A DNA stretch of 64,000 nucleotides from Clostridia bacterium (GCA_045638465.1 JAZUBK010000028.1:40335-104334), one strand, 5' to 3'; shown: positions 18,401 through 29,259, numbered from the stretch's first letter. A program made the numbers and translations. The notes: generated by a model not told the origin, from the sequence alone.

Positions 18401-21400
18401 AACCCCTGCGTCATACCTATTCCCTGCAGGATCATATACTGTAACTGTATTTAACGAAGACGTTGTAATCAGAAACAAGGCTGGTGAAGACGTTTCTAAG
18501 AGTTTTGCGCTAAACATCAAAAACTATGGTAGCTTAGTTGTAAATAAAGCTACTCTTACAATGGTAGAATCTCCTGTTGTTGGCAGATATGTTGAAGATC
18601 CTGCCGATCCTGGCAACCCTACTTTTGTTCAGAACATCGTTTATGGAACTGCAAGACCTACATTTGTTGGTGGTAAATACACCTTCGTTAATGGAAATGG
18701 TGCAACAACCACAATAAACGGTACTGATGAAGAATATTCTACATCATCTACAGCTACTTATGCCGTACAAAGCACAGCGCATTTGATTATGGCGACATTT
18801 ACTCCAAATAACAAAAACTTCAATCCTGTAACAGTTAACGGAATTCCTCTAGTTGTTACAAAGAAAATGATTGATACAACAACTCTTGTTTGGAGTTATG
18901 GTGCATCTGTAGAAAATTATGGTGTTGCTTCTGGTTCTATCTATACAACAAATACCGATGTCGAAGGTGTTGAAAATATTGTTTATAATGGAGCATACAC
19001 AGAAGAAAATACCTATAATATTCCAACTACACTATCAAATTATAGATTCCTAAGACAAACACTTGGCTCTCAATACAAATACTTTGGCGTAGCTTTCCAT
19101 GATGAGGACGATGGTGACACAGGATTTATGTACTATATCGAAGGTGGCACTGTTAAAAAAGTGTTCCCTGCTGATTCTACTAAATTCTATGCTGTTTTGG
19201 ATAAATCAAAAACTGATATTGATGTTAAATTCTACTATTCAGACGGCTCAAAAGAATATCTTTTGACAAACTCTAGCGAATACGGTACAGGTCAACCTGT
19301 TTACTGGAATAGCGTTTACTCTCCAAATACCAGTGGTGTTTATCTTGCAAGAGTTATTATCTCTTCTCTAAACTCTAACTATGCGGTATTTGAAGATGGA
19401 GACCCAGCAACTACTGAAGAAACTATTACTTACTACAACACATTCTTGGTAGAAAAAATCAAGGTTAAAGTTTACAACTTTACAAATGCTATCACATATA
19501 GCGACGAACTTGCTTTCTACTATGTAACAGACCCTGAAGAAATTTATGGTCTAACATCTACTTACTGGGATAGAAATGCTGCAAGTACAAACTACACAGC
19601 AAGAGCAACAGATCCTGTAGACGTTGGTTACTATGCAGTAACATTCTTAATTGACCAAGCAAACTACTACTATTATCAAGAGCACTGCGACTTTGAAATA
19701 GTACCTATTGAAATATTGGTTGTTTGGGACGAAGTATCAACATTTGACTACATCAGTTCTGACACACCACTTACTCGTAACTATAAAGTATACGAAGGCG
19801 AAGAAGATGAAGACAACCTAGCTTACGATTCTTCTGATAACACAAGCGTAGCACCAGAGTGGCTAAACATTATCTATTCTGGTCAAATGAAAAATGGCAC
19901 AGATTATTATTCTGAAGGAAAAATCAACGAGGTTGATATTCCTTGCAATGCCGGTACTTATACTATAGCTATTTCTATAGCAACAGGCAGCGAAAACTAT
20001 ACTGGTTCTTCTAGCAATACCTACGAAATTGCACCTATATTCTATAGAGGCTCTATCGGTATTACTCGTGGAACAATCACTTATGATATCGCTTACAACA
20101 ATGGAACTGAAGGCGCTGTAGCGTTCTTTGAAGAAATTGCTGAAAAGATGATTACAAATGCTCCACTTGGCTCTCAAGCATGGGAAGATTATTACCTAAG
20201 TATTTCTTACCTTGGTCATGTTATCGACCCAACAGGTGCTGACAATACTGCAGTACTTGCTCTAAACAAAGCAGGTGGCCCATACAAAATCACTCTATCT
20301 ATTAAATCAAAAGATGGTAATATCAAAGAGACTTTGAAGACAGCAAACCTTACTGTAAACAAAACAAACGTTCCTACAATGGCTAACTATCCTTCAAGCC
20401 ACACTGAAATTCCATTTACTGGTACTTATGTATTTAATGCTTTAACAACTATCGACAAATCTGAAATCTTTGAACCATCACCAGATAGTTATGATGCAGC
20501 AAATATGACCTATACTTATGAACATAATGGTGATATGACTATCTACTTTGGTATTATTTACAAATACTACCTAGTATGGACAACAGAAGAGACAACAGGT
20601 TCTCCAACTACAGCTCCTATCACTCCAAGAACAGACCGTTATTTGTATATGGTTCAAGCACAAATCGTAGTAGGCGCAAACTATAGCGAACCTAGTCAAT
20701 ATTTCTACACAGGCTACTATCTAGTAACAAAGACAAATGCTTATTTGTCTGCAGACAATATAGAGGTAACTTATACAGGTAGCAATATTGAAATTCCTGG
20801 CGTTTCTGCTAAAAACACTGCAGAGCAACCACTTGCTATCAAGTACGAAAACAATGCAGACGTTCTTGGCCTATATGTTTCTAGAGTAATCAAAAACCTA
20901 GATACAAATGCTACAGTTACATTTATTAAAAGTGCTGGTAGATATCAAGTTACCTTCACTCTAGAAGATACAGAAAACTTCTACACCGAAGAAAGTAGGT
21001 TTACGGCAACCTGTACGATAATTGTTAACAAAAAGCCAATCGATGGCCTATTATCGTATGTTGTAGCCCCTGAAACTTTTGTCTCAACGGAAATTTACTC
21101 TACCTTCTATATCGATTCGGCAAAGGCAAAAGCTCACAACGCCGACTATATTAGCGGCAGCACGTTGTTGATACAACTTTGCGTAACCGATGCAAACGAT
21201 GGCTCTGGCCAAATATATAGACTAACTAGTAAGTCAGACTCTTCTATAAGAGATCTTGCTGCTGGAACTTACTACTATTATGTTGATGTTTCTACCGCTG
21301 CAAACTCTAGACAAAATATCATCAACTATACACGTAGTGGTTATGTACAATTCGAAATAATTAGAAAAAATGTTATTGTGACAATTAATTCTCCACACGA

Positions 21401-24400
21401 AAATGGTGTTACAATAAACTACAATGCTGGAAGTCAAGGCTATGATGTAACATATCTAACAGTTAAGACAGAAGGCTCAAACAAGACTGTTACAGGTCTT
21501 GACAAAGATGACTTTATCATCGAGTACAAAAAAAGCTCTGAAGATGATACTGCTTATACAACAACTCAACCAATGGTTAATGGCAACTATGATGTAAGAA
21601 TCACTTGCTTTAACGAAAACTATGCTTCAGAACCAATCTATACTACCCTAACAATTGATGCTCCATTACTTGATATTTCTGGTAGTATTTCATACACTTA
21701 TGGCTTCGTAGGTGAAGTTGCACTTAGCCTAACTGCTACTGGTGGTGAAAGAATACACACAGTTTCATTTGATGGCGTAACAACAAAGTATAATGATGCG
21801 GCTTTGAAAAATACACTTGGAAGATGGTTTATTGTAAGAGATAACTTTGGCGTTTATGACCCAGACGGAGCTATTCCTTCTTCATTTGCATTAGATGACG
21901 GAAGAGTTATCGGCGATGATATTAACGCAGGTCTTGCTGCTTTGTCTGGCAAACTTTATACTGCAGAAGAACTAAATGCTCTTCCTGTTGGTATTCATAC
22001 AATGGTTGTTATTTATATCAGTAATGATATGAACTTTGCAACAACCTTTAAAGAAATTTCATTTACTGTAAACTCTTATGAAATAACTAGTGAAGCTATC
22101 GTAGAATCAAAAACCGCAGGTATAAACTACGACGCTACAAACAAAAAGTTTACTCATACAGAAAATTATAACGCTGTTAGCCAATATCAATCTGGCGTAT
22201 GGAGTTATACAAACCACACACTAAACGAAGCATTTACATTTGATGTAGCATTTTTAATTAAATCTCCTAGTGCAGATAATTATGATGCAGCAACAACATT
22301 GATTCTTCAACTTTCTGCAAATGTAACAGGATCTATTACTGGCGCAGAAATCAAGACCGCTTTTGCAGACCAAAATGCAACTGCAACTTCTGCAATTGAA
22401 AAGACTGGCACATTAACATTTGCCTCTTCTAACTATACTCTATCTGGAGACGATATTTCATTTATTCTAGGTGCGATATTTAATAAACAAACTACTACTG
22501 CATTTTCAGAAAAACGTTCTCAAGGAAATGAACTAACACCTGTAGAATACACTTATGGCGCTGTATTCTTGGATACTTATTGGGCAAACCTAAATGATGA
22601 GGGCGATGCAATGCTTGATGGTTACCCATCTGAGATTGTATCTAACAGCAACCATATTTATCTATACAATGTTCTTAACCTTCCTGGCGGACAAGATATT
22701 GATTCATTTACTTCAGCTTGGACATTTGATAACAAAAAATGGCACTCATTCTACACTATCAAAGCATACACTTATACAGGTAATGTAAAAGGAAGCCAAG
22801 TAACTTCAGACAAGCTATTTAATGAAGACGATGATGAAAGAAATGCTGCTGGTGCTGCCGTTTATAATTACTACAAATATGACCTAAACAAATACACTGA
22901 TGCTGGATTATATTTGCTAGAAATTACAATAAACAGTAGCGATTACTTCCTTGCAACTACATTTAATGCTCTTGTTAGAATTAAACCTACTACTTACTAC
23001 GCAAAGACCTCTTTGGGTTCTGGCGATGGTTTGATTGATGCTAATACTGTAACTGAAGAAACAATCAAGGTTTATACTAGAGAGTTCCACTCTACAGATA
23101 ATCCTTCTGAAGAGGTACATGCAGAATACACTATTTCTTACTATAGAGTAAATGGTGCAACTCAAACTCTTGATTATAAATCAAAATACACCTGGAAATC
23201 TAGCGGCGGAACTTACGCAGCTCAAGCAGGTGGAACTTACAACTCATTTACTGCACTTCTAAATTCAATCAGCGGTGCAACTCAATTTAAGATTACTGTT
23301 ACACCAAGCTCTGCTTATGTTAACAGTATGTATGTAGAAGATATCTACATATTGATTGTTAGAGGTTCTGTTGATATTGGTATCTTTAACATTTATGACG
23401 AACTAAACCTTATCGACCTTGCAGCAACTCATGAAGTACTTGGTTCTTTATACGAAATGAGCGATGGCTCAGACGAAGGTTTGACTTGGTCTTCTGACCT
23501 TGTTAGAGTTTTGGAGAAATCTGGAAACTCTATCACAGAAGAAAGCATCTCATTTATGCATCTATACGATCAAGAAAGAGGTGTTAATATCACACCTAAC
23601 GCAGACTCTAGCCTAGATATTACTATTATGCCAAATAGTAATAATCAAATTACTATTAACGCTTTACCTTTGATTATTAAAATGGCTGATGGCTCACAAC
23701 TTTCTATTATGACATCTTTTGTAATTAACCTAAAGATTGTAACAGAGATTGATACTTTCAACTTTGAATACAACACTACTGCTCAAGCACCTAATGTTAC
23801 TGCTTATTTCCAAGGTTGGAGCATTCACATACCTGTTGTGGATAATACACCTGATGTCAACAACTTAGTTCTTACTGAAATGTTACCAGCTACTCCATTT
23901 ACAGGCGTTACTCCTTCTATTAAATACATTAACCAAGTAACAGGCACTGAAAGTACTACTGCGCCTATCAACGCAGGAAACTATGCAGTTCAAACAACTT
24001 ATACTGTTACATTTAACGGCGATACAACCCCTGTAATATTTGTTTGCAAAAACAACTTTACTATAAGCAAGATTGAGGCTGTAATTACTATGGAATCTGC
24101 AGAATATTTATATGATGGTTACAACCACTCACTTACTGCAACTACTGCAATCCCAGGACTTACTGCAGCTATCACTTATAGGACAAGTTCAGCAACTTCT
24201 ATTACAAATCCTAATGCAGCAGATGTTTACTATGCGGTTGCAACAATTACAGATGCCAACTACTTCGGTACTGCAGTTGCTACACTTTCAATTAAAGCTA
24301 CTTCTACTAGAATTGAAATTACTATGCCAACAGATCTTGTATTTACTGGCAACCCTATCTATCCAACATTTAGAATCTTTAATGAAAACAATGTGGATAT

Positions 24401-27400
24401 TACTTCTGCCGTAGGCGGCAATGCAAGGGTAACTTACAACGACATAACATCAGTTCCTATAAATGCTGGTGCTTATGAATATAAAGTTTCAATTACAAAA
24501 ACTACTAACTTCCTTGCAAATGAGCTAAAAGCTAACTATGTAATTGACAAAGCTGTTCCTACAATCACAATAACAGCCCCTGCAAATACAACTTACACAG
24601 GCTCTCCTATTGTGCCAACATTTAATATCCCTGCAACATTGAGAGATGTAACAACTATCACATACAACGGTTCTACTACAGAACCAAGAAATGCTGGTAT
24701 TTATGAAGTTTATGTAAATTGTGCTCCTGGTGCAGATTCAAACTTCTTGCCAACAACTCAAAGCTATACTTATAGAATCTATCCAAGAGAATTGACTGTT
24801 ACTTATGACACAACAGGCACTTTACTTATGACTTATGCTGAATCTATGGCTATAACAAGTCTAAGACCTTCTCCAAATGATTCTAGTGCAACTTATAAAT
24901 ATCAAGGCTTTGAATACAACGCTGACGGAACTATCAGTAATACATTGATAGAAAGTAACACCTTCCCTCAAAATGCTGGTGTTTATACAATTATCGCTTC
25001 TCCTGGTAGCGCAAACTATACAGGTAGAGTTTCTACAACGCTTGTAATAGCAAGAGCAATTCCTTCTATTACCTTTAATACTAGCGGTGTAATGACCTAT
25101 AATGGTTCTCCAAAGACACCAACAGTAACAAAGAGTGTTGCAGATTTAACCTATATAACAGGATACACAGGAACAAATAATAATGGAACTGCTTATAATT
25201 CTGCAGATGCTCCAACTGATGCTGGTAGCTATGTAATCACAGTTTCATTTGCAGGAAACAAAAACTACTGCGCAGTAGAAAGTTTCCAAAGCTTTGAAAT
25301 TACAAAGCTTTCAACTATTACATTGAGTTTTGATAACCTATCTCTATCTCAAATGTACACAGGCTCAGGCCTTACTCCTACCGCAAAAGCTTATCTAAAC
25401 GCAACTGAAAAGAGCGATCTAAATAGCAGTATCGTTATGACATTTGGTGAAGATAAGACACTTCCTATAGATGCAGGAACTTACACAGTAAAAGCTATGC
25501 TTGTTCATTGCAACTATAGTGCAGAAACAATTTCTAATACATTTACTATTACAAAGAGTAACGACTATACCGTAACTTTAACAAATGGTGGTCAATTAGA
25601 AATTGGTGCAACTAGTATCGGAACTGTAGCAATTGGTAGCAGTTATATGTTCCATTATGTAGGTAAATCTTACCTTGCAAATGGAGAACTTCCTACTGTT
25701 AACAACTACGACAGCTTTGTAATTCCATCAAATGCTGGTGTTTACGTTGCAACTCTTATTTCTGACAACTATTTACCAACAGAATACTCATTTACAATCA
25801 ATAAGAAAGATTTGACTTCTGATTTGGTACTTGTAAACTATGACACTGTTGTTGGCGTTGTTCCTGATCTTACAAACACTGTTGAGTGTGACGGAGATAT
25901 TTATAAAGTAAAATATTTATTCCTTCACGAAAACGCAACTGAGTATACAGAAACAAGACCTACAATGATTGGTGCTCATAAGATCAAAATGGTAATTTGC
26001 GACGCTAACGCTCAAGGCGAGGTTGAAGCAAATTACAACATCACTTCTGTAGAAACAGGAGATGTAAAGGTTGTAACAGATAGCTTGTATTATATGTATA
26101 CAGGCAACGCAATCGTTGTTAACGCTTCACTTTATGTTGGCGGAATACTACAAACTGGTACTATTAACAAAGCATTTACTTTAAATGGAAGTAGCGTATC
26201 ACATGTTACTGAAATTGGTGTATATACAGTTTCTCTAACAACAAGTACGGGCTCTCAAACAGGATCAACTACATTTACTGTTATCCCTTCTATATCACTA
26301 TCAACCCCTGCAAACGGCGAAGTTTATAACGGCTCTGCAAAATCTGTTTCTTGGCAATATGTGTCATCAACAGACCAATCTGTTTACGGCGGAGATACTG
26401 ATTTAGTTATTGTAAGAGATGGCTATACAGTAAGCGAAATAAAAGATGCTGGAACTTATCAAGTAAGCGTTAGATACAAAGGCTATGCTGTTTTGACCAG
26501 AGACTTTGTTATCGGCAAAAAGGTTGTAACCGACCTTGGAACTTATGCTACTGATGTAATCATGGCATATGGCGAAATGAATAAGATTCCAACACACATT
26601 GGTTCTTACAAAGTAAAATATATGATTAGTCTAAACGGCACTAATGCATATCAAGAAATAACCCCAACTGTTGGTACTCACTTAATTAAATTTATTATTG
26701 TTGAAGACAACTACCAAGGCGAAATTATACGTAACCTTTCAGTTTCTAAGAGAGCTTTGATTATAGATGTTGATGACTTTGAGGTTGAGTATACTGGCAA
26801 CACAATTGTTATGCCTTCTACTCTAGCAAGTTTTGAATATGTAACTTATTCTCACAGCCCAACACCTAGCAATTATGTAAACGGCTTACCTAGAAATGTT
26901 GGAACATATTATGTTCAAGCTATGTCTTCTTCTCCAAACTATGCTGTAACTTATAAAGATCCTTCAAGACCTTATATTATAGTAACTATTACAAAGGCTA
27001 CTCCAACATATATAGTAACAAACACAACTCAAATATATGACGGAAATGTTAAAGTTCCTAACGCTACTGCAATATTTAATGGAGTTTCTTACACAACAAG
27101 TATATCTAACTCAAATATGATTGATGCAGATACTTATACTGTTTACTTTACTATTGCAACTGACCCAGACAACTTTAATAGAAGTGCTGATTTTGAGTTT
27201 ACTATCGAAAAAGCCCAAGTCGATATTACTTATAATATTCCTGAAGTTATGGTTTATGATGGAACACAAAAACCTATTACTGCATCACCATCTGTTGCAG
27301 ATGTGGGTTCTGTTCAAATTACAATCACAAAAGACGGCGCAACTAAAGTACCTACTGAGGCAGGAACTTATGTAGCAACATTTACAACAGCTGCTACAAC

Positions 27401-29138
27401 AAACTATGCTGCTTGTACAAAAGTTGTTGTATTTGAAATTCTACCTGCAAAAACTCAAGTAGAATGTACCGTTGCTAGTTATAGTTATACTGGAACTGCA
27501 AAAGCAGTAACCGTTACAACTTCTCCTACAAATTCTACTAAGACTATTACTTATACTGGCGAAGACACAACAGGTGTTGCTTACAATTCAGCTACTGCTC
27601 CTACAAATGCAGGAACATATACCGCTCATATAATTGTTGTACCAGCTGATCCTAACTACTCTAGAGAAGAATTCGACTTTACTTACACTATTGTAAAAGT
27701 AATCGATACAATAACTTACACTGGAGCAGCTGACGGATACTTCTACTATGACGGAACTGCTAAAAACCTAACTAGTGTTTCTTCTGGTTCTGGTACTCAT
27801 ACAGTAACTTACAAAAAATTGGTTAATAGCTCTCCTACTACAGTAAATGCGTCAGAAGTAAAAGACGAAGGTAGCTATAGAGCAATAATCACTACAACTG
27901 GAGATAAGAACCATTATGGTACAACTAAAGTTGTATACTTTACTATCTACAAACAAAGACTAACTGCCAATATCACAGGCAAATCTGTTGACTATACTGG
28001 CTCACCTCAAAGTATTGTTCCTGACAATACACACAGTGGACTTGTAAAAGTTTGGTATTCTGGCAAGATGTACAAGTCTGATGGTAAATGTACAGAAACT
28101 TATGCAGAAACAGACGTTGCCCCTACAAGAGCAGGTATCTATACTGCAGTACTAAAACCTACAAATGATAATTATGCAATAGACGGAACATCTGCCGCAG
28201 CACTTATCATCAAGAGAACTCAACTTGATATTTCTATTGAGATTGATGGTGTTTCTAACACTACTACTATTATTGATTATACAGGTTCAGAATATAATGT
28301 TGCTGCATACTCAATGATAGGTGGAACAAAAACCGATGTTTCAACTATAAATGCAAATGCTCTAACAATAAGAATTTCAGGAACAACTACTCCTGTTCCA
28401 TTGAAAGAGGGTGGATTGTATGAACTTATTGTTGACCTAAATGATAAAAACTTCATTGGACACAACGAAAGACTTATTACAATTAGGCCTCAATCAGCAT
28501 CTATCTTTGCTACTCAAACAGTTGCAAGTTATACCGGTCAAAAGGTATCTATTGGTTACTCTATAATAAGCAAGAGCGGTGTTGATATCACTACTGAAAT
28601 TCAAGATAAGGTACAAATAATATATACTAAAAATGGATCTGTTGTTGAACCTATCAACACAGGAACATACACAGCAAATATTATCTTGGCTAATACTTCA
28701 TATGTAGCAAATGCAACTTATGCATTTACTATAGTAGAGACATTGCCAGACCTTATTTATAGAGGCGGTGCATCACCAGCTTACTTTAACACAATCGATA
28801 GCACAGGCGTAACATCATTTAATACTGCTCAGTTCGAAGTTTCTTTGGCGGGAGTAAAATTAAATGCAGCAGAATACTCTGTTTCTTATAAAATATTAAC
28901 AAATAATATTGACGAAGAAACAGGCGAAGTTACTACCTCTTGGGAAAATACTACTGTAACTGCAGGTTCTGTACTAAGTGAATCTGGTAAGTCATATCAA
29001 ATTATAATAACTATATCTAACACTGCAAAATATCAAAGCAACTTAATTGGTTCTGATGTTGTAGATGCAGAAGGTAATGTTACTCAAACTGATGTGCTTA
29101 CTTGGACATATCTATTCTATATTGCTTCTGAAGAATAG
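15462..29138 (+). CDS. giant (4558 aa) surface lipoprotein/adhesin of tandem Ig-like modules (Big_2-like domain followed by many MBG/YDG-type repeats)
   Basis: Single uninterrupted ORF with an AGAGG RBS. Signal peptide with a lipobox-like FSAC (Cys27). A Big_2-like segment (ITWSSNNTAVASINEKGKVKAKSAGTAIITA). Recurring motifs YGD.DP.LTY..G.LEGDD and Y(T/D)G..P...AP(T/I)(N/D)AG.Y. Confidence 0.9.
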   Translation: MKNVKKFLHSIILVFTLLLCTASFSACGGVNVTKISIDGGPQFLEVGEEYTFSATLTPKKASSKDITWSSNNTAVASINEKGKVKAKSAGTAIITAMSKKNSNVKDTFELVVAGGDSGIIMLKSEHTYDGQPKPYEASYVPEGLTVRYTYYIKDVYPESGYAPTDAGNYQVFAYDTVTGRKFEKTGNLIIKQKQVSVSVGDYTKKFSEPDPTFTATVSGLVEGDTLNYTIKRTAGENVEQYSIYPEVEAHKNYYPIISEGRLTIEQLPVKLIVDNKTSTYGDTLQTPTYTLQTLDNYLLDDSIKAQIQGAPVIEMPTGTTRLNQGSYSITADNLSSTNLNITSRQNGTYTVSKKIVTIAIGPEQFKYAGQSDPALVYAIDGTLEGDDLSGCLSRVHGETVGFYEYVINQGINTNYTIMTEAGATAYKFEVRSNDVIITFNTFAIDYSQTNKEGFIPTDCYNYTITINAIQKDYEVDALGNIYLDGADSVTLSHEITKEAHMTDEEKASYYQKWKVVPSKLATSGYTDPAKYTFTFVEGYKYLNLLDLNIYATETYKVYGDVDPALTYNAVGFLEGDDAESVLKTVELKREMGENVNDNGYAITLKDDIELFDTKTYYKPIFNPGVFVIEKRELRVTPISYTEDNPIYYGEAPRVLEIDTTDLNIASRDNITSVLTGELSRANNEDVGQYPILGTDLQLLSDNYYITYTPGVYTIIPRPLHITAIDMSIQYGESVSRYQYSYSIIDEFTYIDEEGEEAVDLRFYTIDDPSFSGSLALTSYGLLLANHTYTIGQGNLTAGGNFDITFAQGTLTVVPREVTLAFTAQSYGFTEYDAMEAEGNAAVIDALVYNFKPDLAYNDTCNITYCGRAIDRDTNIVTLAKDSEENYVLELEFLAADGTILDDCYNVTINDNFVELFYLGQSLLDVSINSKAGGQILEKTYGDSYNIIDVFTIVTTNPEYTLEFTSASFNIKGITDQAHKTTPASYLFPAGSYTVTVFNEDVVIRNKAGEDVSKSFALNIKNYGSLVVNKATLTMVESPVVGRYVEDPADPGNPTFVQNIVYGTARPTFVGGKYTFVNGNGATTTINGTDEEYSTSSTATYAVQSTAHLIMATFTPNNKNFNPVTVNGIPLVVTKKMIDTTTLVWSYGASVENYGVASGSIYTTNTDVEGVENIVYNGAYTEENTYNIPTTLSNYRFLRQTLGSQYKYFGVAFHDEDDGDTGFMYYIEGGTVKKVFPADSTKFYAVLDKSKTDIDVKFYYSDGSKEYLLTNSSEYGTGQPVYWNSVYSPNTSGVYLARVIISSLNSNYAVFEDGDPATTEETITYYNTFLVEKIKVKVYNFTNAITYSDELAFYYVTDPEEIYGLTSTYWDRNAASTNYTARATDPVDVGYYAVTFLIDQANYYYYQEHCDFEIVPIEILVVWDEVSTFDYISSDTPLTRNYKVYEGEEDEDNLAYDSSDNTSVAPEWLNIIYSGQMKNGTDYYSEGKINEVDIPCNAGTYTIAISIATGSENYTGSSSNTYEIAPIFYRGSIGITRGTITYDIAYNNGTEGAVAFFEEIAEKMITNAPLGSQAWEDYYLSISYLGHVIDPTGADNTAVLALNKAGGPYKITLSIKSKDGNIKETLKTANLTVNKTNVPTMANYPSSHTEIPFTGTYVFNALTTIDKSEIFEPSPDSYDAANMTYTYEHNGDMTIYFGIIYKYYLVWTTEETTGSPTTAPITPRTDRYLYMVQAQIVVGANYSEPSQYFYTGYYLVTKTNAYLSADNIEVTYTGSNIEIPGVSAKNTAEQPLAIKYENNADVLGLYVSRVIKNLDTNATVTFIKSAGRYQVTFTLEDTENFYTEESRFTATCTIIVNKKPIDGLLSYVVAPETFVSTEIYSTFYIDSAKAKAHNADYISGSTLLIQLCVTDANDGSGQIYRLTSKSDSSIRDLAAGTYYYYVDVSTAANSRQNIINYTRSGYVQFEIIRKNVIVTINSPHENGVTINYNAGSQGYDVTYLTVKTEGSNKTVTGLDKDDFIIEYKKSSEDDTAYTTTQPMVNGNYDVRITCFNENYASEPIYTTLTIDAPLLDISGSISYTYGFVGEVALSLTATGGERIHTVSFDGVTTKYNDAALKNTLGRWFIVRDNFGVYDPDGAIPSSFALDDGRVIGDDINAGLAALSGKLYTAEELNALPVGIHTMVVIYISNDMNFATTFKEISFTVNSYEITSEAIVESKTAGINYDATNKKFTHTENYNAVSQYQSGVWSYTNHTLNEAFTFDVAFLIKSPSADNYDAATTLILQLSANVTGSITGAEIKTAFADQNATATSAIEKTGTLTFASSNYTLSGDDISFILGAIFNKQTTTAFSEKRSQGNELTPVEYTYGAVFLDTYWANLNDEGDAMLDGYPSEIVSNSNHIYLYNVLNLPGGQDIDSFTSAWTFDNKKWHSFYTIKAYTYTGNVKGSQVTSDKLFNEDDDERNAAGAAVYNYYKYDLNKYTDAGLYLLEITINSSDYFLATTFNALVRIKPTTYYAKTSLGSGDGLIDANTVTEETIKVYTREFHSTDNPSEEVHAEYTISYYRVNGATQTLDYKSKYTWKSSGGTYAAQAGGTYNSFTALLNSISGATQFKITVTPSSAYVNSMYVEDIYILIVRGSVDIGIFNIYDELNLIDLAATHEVLGSLYEMSDGSDEGLTWSSDLVRVLEKSGNSITEESISFMHLYDQERGVNITPNADSSLDITIMPNSNNQITINALPLIIKMADGSQLSIMTSFVINLKIVTEIDTFNFEYNTTAQAPNVTAYFQGWSIHIPVVDNTPDVNNLVLTEMLPATPFTGVTPSIKYINQVTGTESTTAPINAGNYAVQTTYTVTFNGDTTPVIFVCKNNFTISKIEAVITMESAEYLYDGYNHSLTATTAIPGLTAAITYRTSSATSITNPNAADVYYAVATITDANYFGTAVATLSIKATSTRIEITMPTDLVFTGNPIYPTFRIFNENNVDITSAVGGNARVTYNDITSVPINAGAYEYKVSITKTTNFLANELKANYVIDKAVPTITITAPANTTYTGSPIVPTFNIPATLRDVTTITYNGSTTEPRNAGIYEVYVNCAPGADSNFLPTTQSYTYRIYPRELTVTYDTTGTLLMTYAESMAITSLRPSPNDSSATYKYQGFEYNADGTISNTLIESNTFPQNAGVYTIIASPGSANYTGRVSTTLVIARAIPSITFNTSGVMTYNGSPKTPTVTKSVADLTYITGYTGTNNNGTAYNSADAPTDAGSYVITVSFAGNKNYCAVESFQSFEITKLSTITLSFDNLSLSQMYTGSGLTPTAKAYLNATEKSDLNSSIVMTFGEDKTLPIDAGTYTVKAMLVHCNYSAETISNTFTITKSNDYTVTLTNGGQLEIGATSIGTVAIGSSYMFHYVGKSYLANGELPTVNNYDSFVIPSNAGVYVATLISDNYLPTEYSFTINKKDLTSDLVLVNYDTVVGVVPDLTNTVECDGDIYKVKYLFLHENATEYTETRPTMIGAHKIKMVICDANAQGEVEANYNITSVETGDVKVVTDSLYYMYTGNAIVVNASLYVGGILQTGTINKAFTLNGSSVSHVTEIGVYTVSLTTSTGSQTGSTTFTVIPSISLSTPANGEVYNGSAKSVSWQYVSSTDQSVYGGDTDLVIVRDGYTVSEIKDAGTYQVSVRYKGYAVLTRDFVIGKKVVTDLGTYATDVIMAYGEMNKIPTHIGSYKVKYMISLNGTNAYQEITPTVGTHLIKFIIVEDNYQGEIIRNLSVSKRALIIDVDDFEVEYTGNTIVMPSTLASFEYVTYSHSPTPSNYVNGLPRNVGTYYVQAMSSSPNYAVTYKDPSRPYIIVTITKATPTYIVTNTTQIYDGNVKVPNATAIFNGVSYTTSISNSNMIDADTYTVYFTIATDPDNFNRSADFEFTIEKAQVDITYNIPEVMVYDGTQKPITASPSVADVGSVQITITKDGATKVPTEAGTYVATFTTAATTNYAACTKVVVFEILPAKTQVECTVASYSYTGTAKAVTVTTSPTNSTKTITYTGEDTTGVAYNSATAPTNAGTYTAHIIVVPADPNYSREEFDFTYTIVKVIDTITYTGAADGYFYYDGTAKNLTSVSSGSGTHTVTYKKLVNSSPTTVNASEVKDEGSYRAIITTTGDKNHYGTTKVVYFTIYKQRLTANITGKSVDYTGSPQSIVPDNTHSGLVKVWYSGKMYKSDGKCTETYAETDVAPTRAGIYTAVLKPTNDNYAIDGTSAAALIIKRTQLDISIEIDGVSNTTTIIDYTGSEYNVAAYSMIGGTKTDVSTINANALTIRISGTTTPVPLKEGGLYELIVDLNDKNFIGHNERLITIRPQSASIFATQTVASYTGQKVSIGYSIISKSGVDITTEIQDKVQIIYTKNGSVVEPINTGTYTANIILANTSYVANATYAFTIVETLPDLIYRGGASPAYFNTIDSTGVTSFNTAQFEVSLAGVKLNAAEYSVSYKILTNNIDEETGEVTTSWENTTVTAGSVLSESGKSYQIIITISNTAKYQSNLIGSDVVDAEGNVTQTDVLTWTYLFYIASEE

Positions 29139-29162
29139 TTTGTATGTAAGCTAAAATAAAAC

Positions 29163-29200
29163 AAAAAAAACACAACCAAATTAATGGTTGTGTTTTTTTT
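29163..29200. terminator. bidirectional intrinsic terminator shared by the giant ORF and hup
   Basis: A8 - CACAACCA (29171-78) / TGGTTGTG (29185-92) - T8. Confidence 0.85.
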
Positions 29201-29259
29201 GAGCAAGTAATATAAAAAGTTACTTGCTCTAAAGGTTATTGCCTTATTAAAGTAAAGGA

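Noticed and set aside
15449-28465. Many 60-104-aa ORFs on the antisense strand or in alternative frames inside the giant gene. Examples are 24112-24414 and 27121-27375, which are rich in LLQ strings, plus 19863-20177 and 15449-15820.
   Set aside because: They are low-complexity shadows of the strongly biased Thr/Tyr/Ala codon usage of the 4558-aa frame. They have no RBS and are fully nested in a far better supported ORF.
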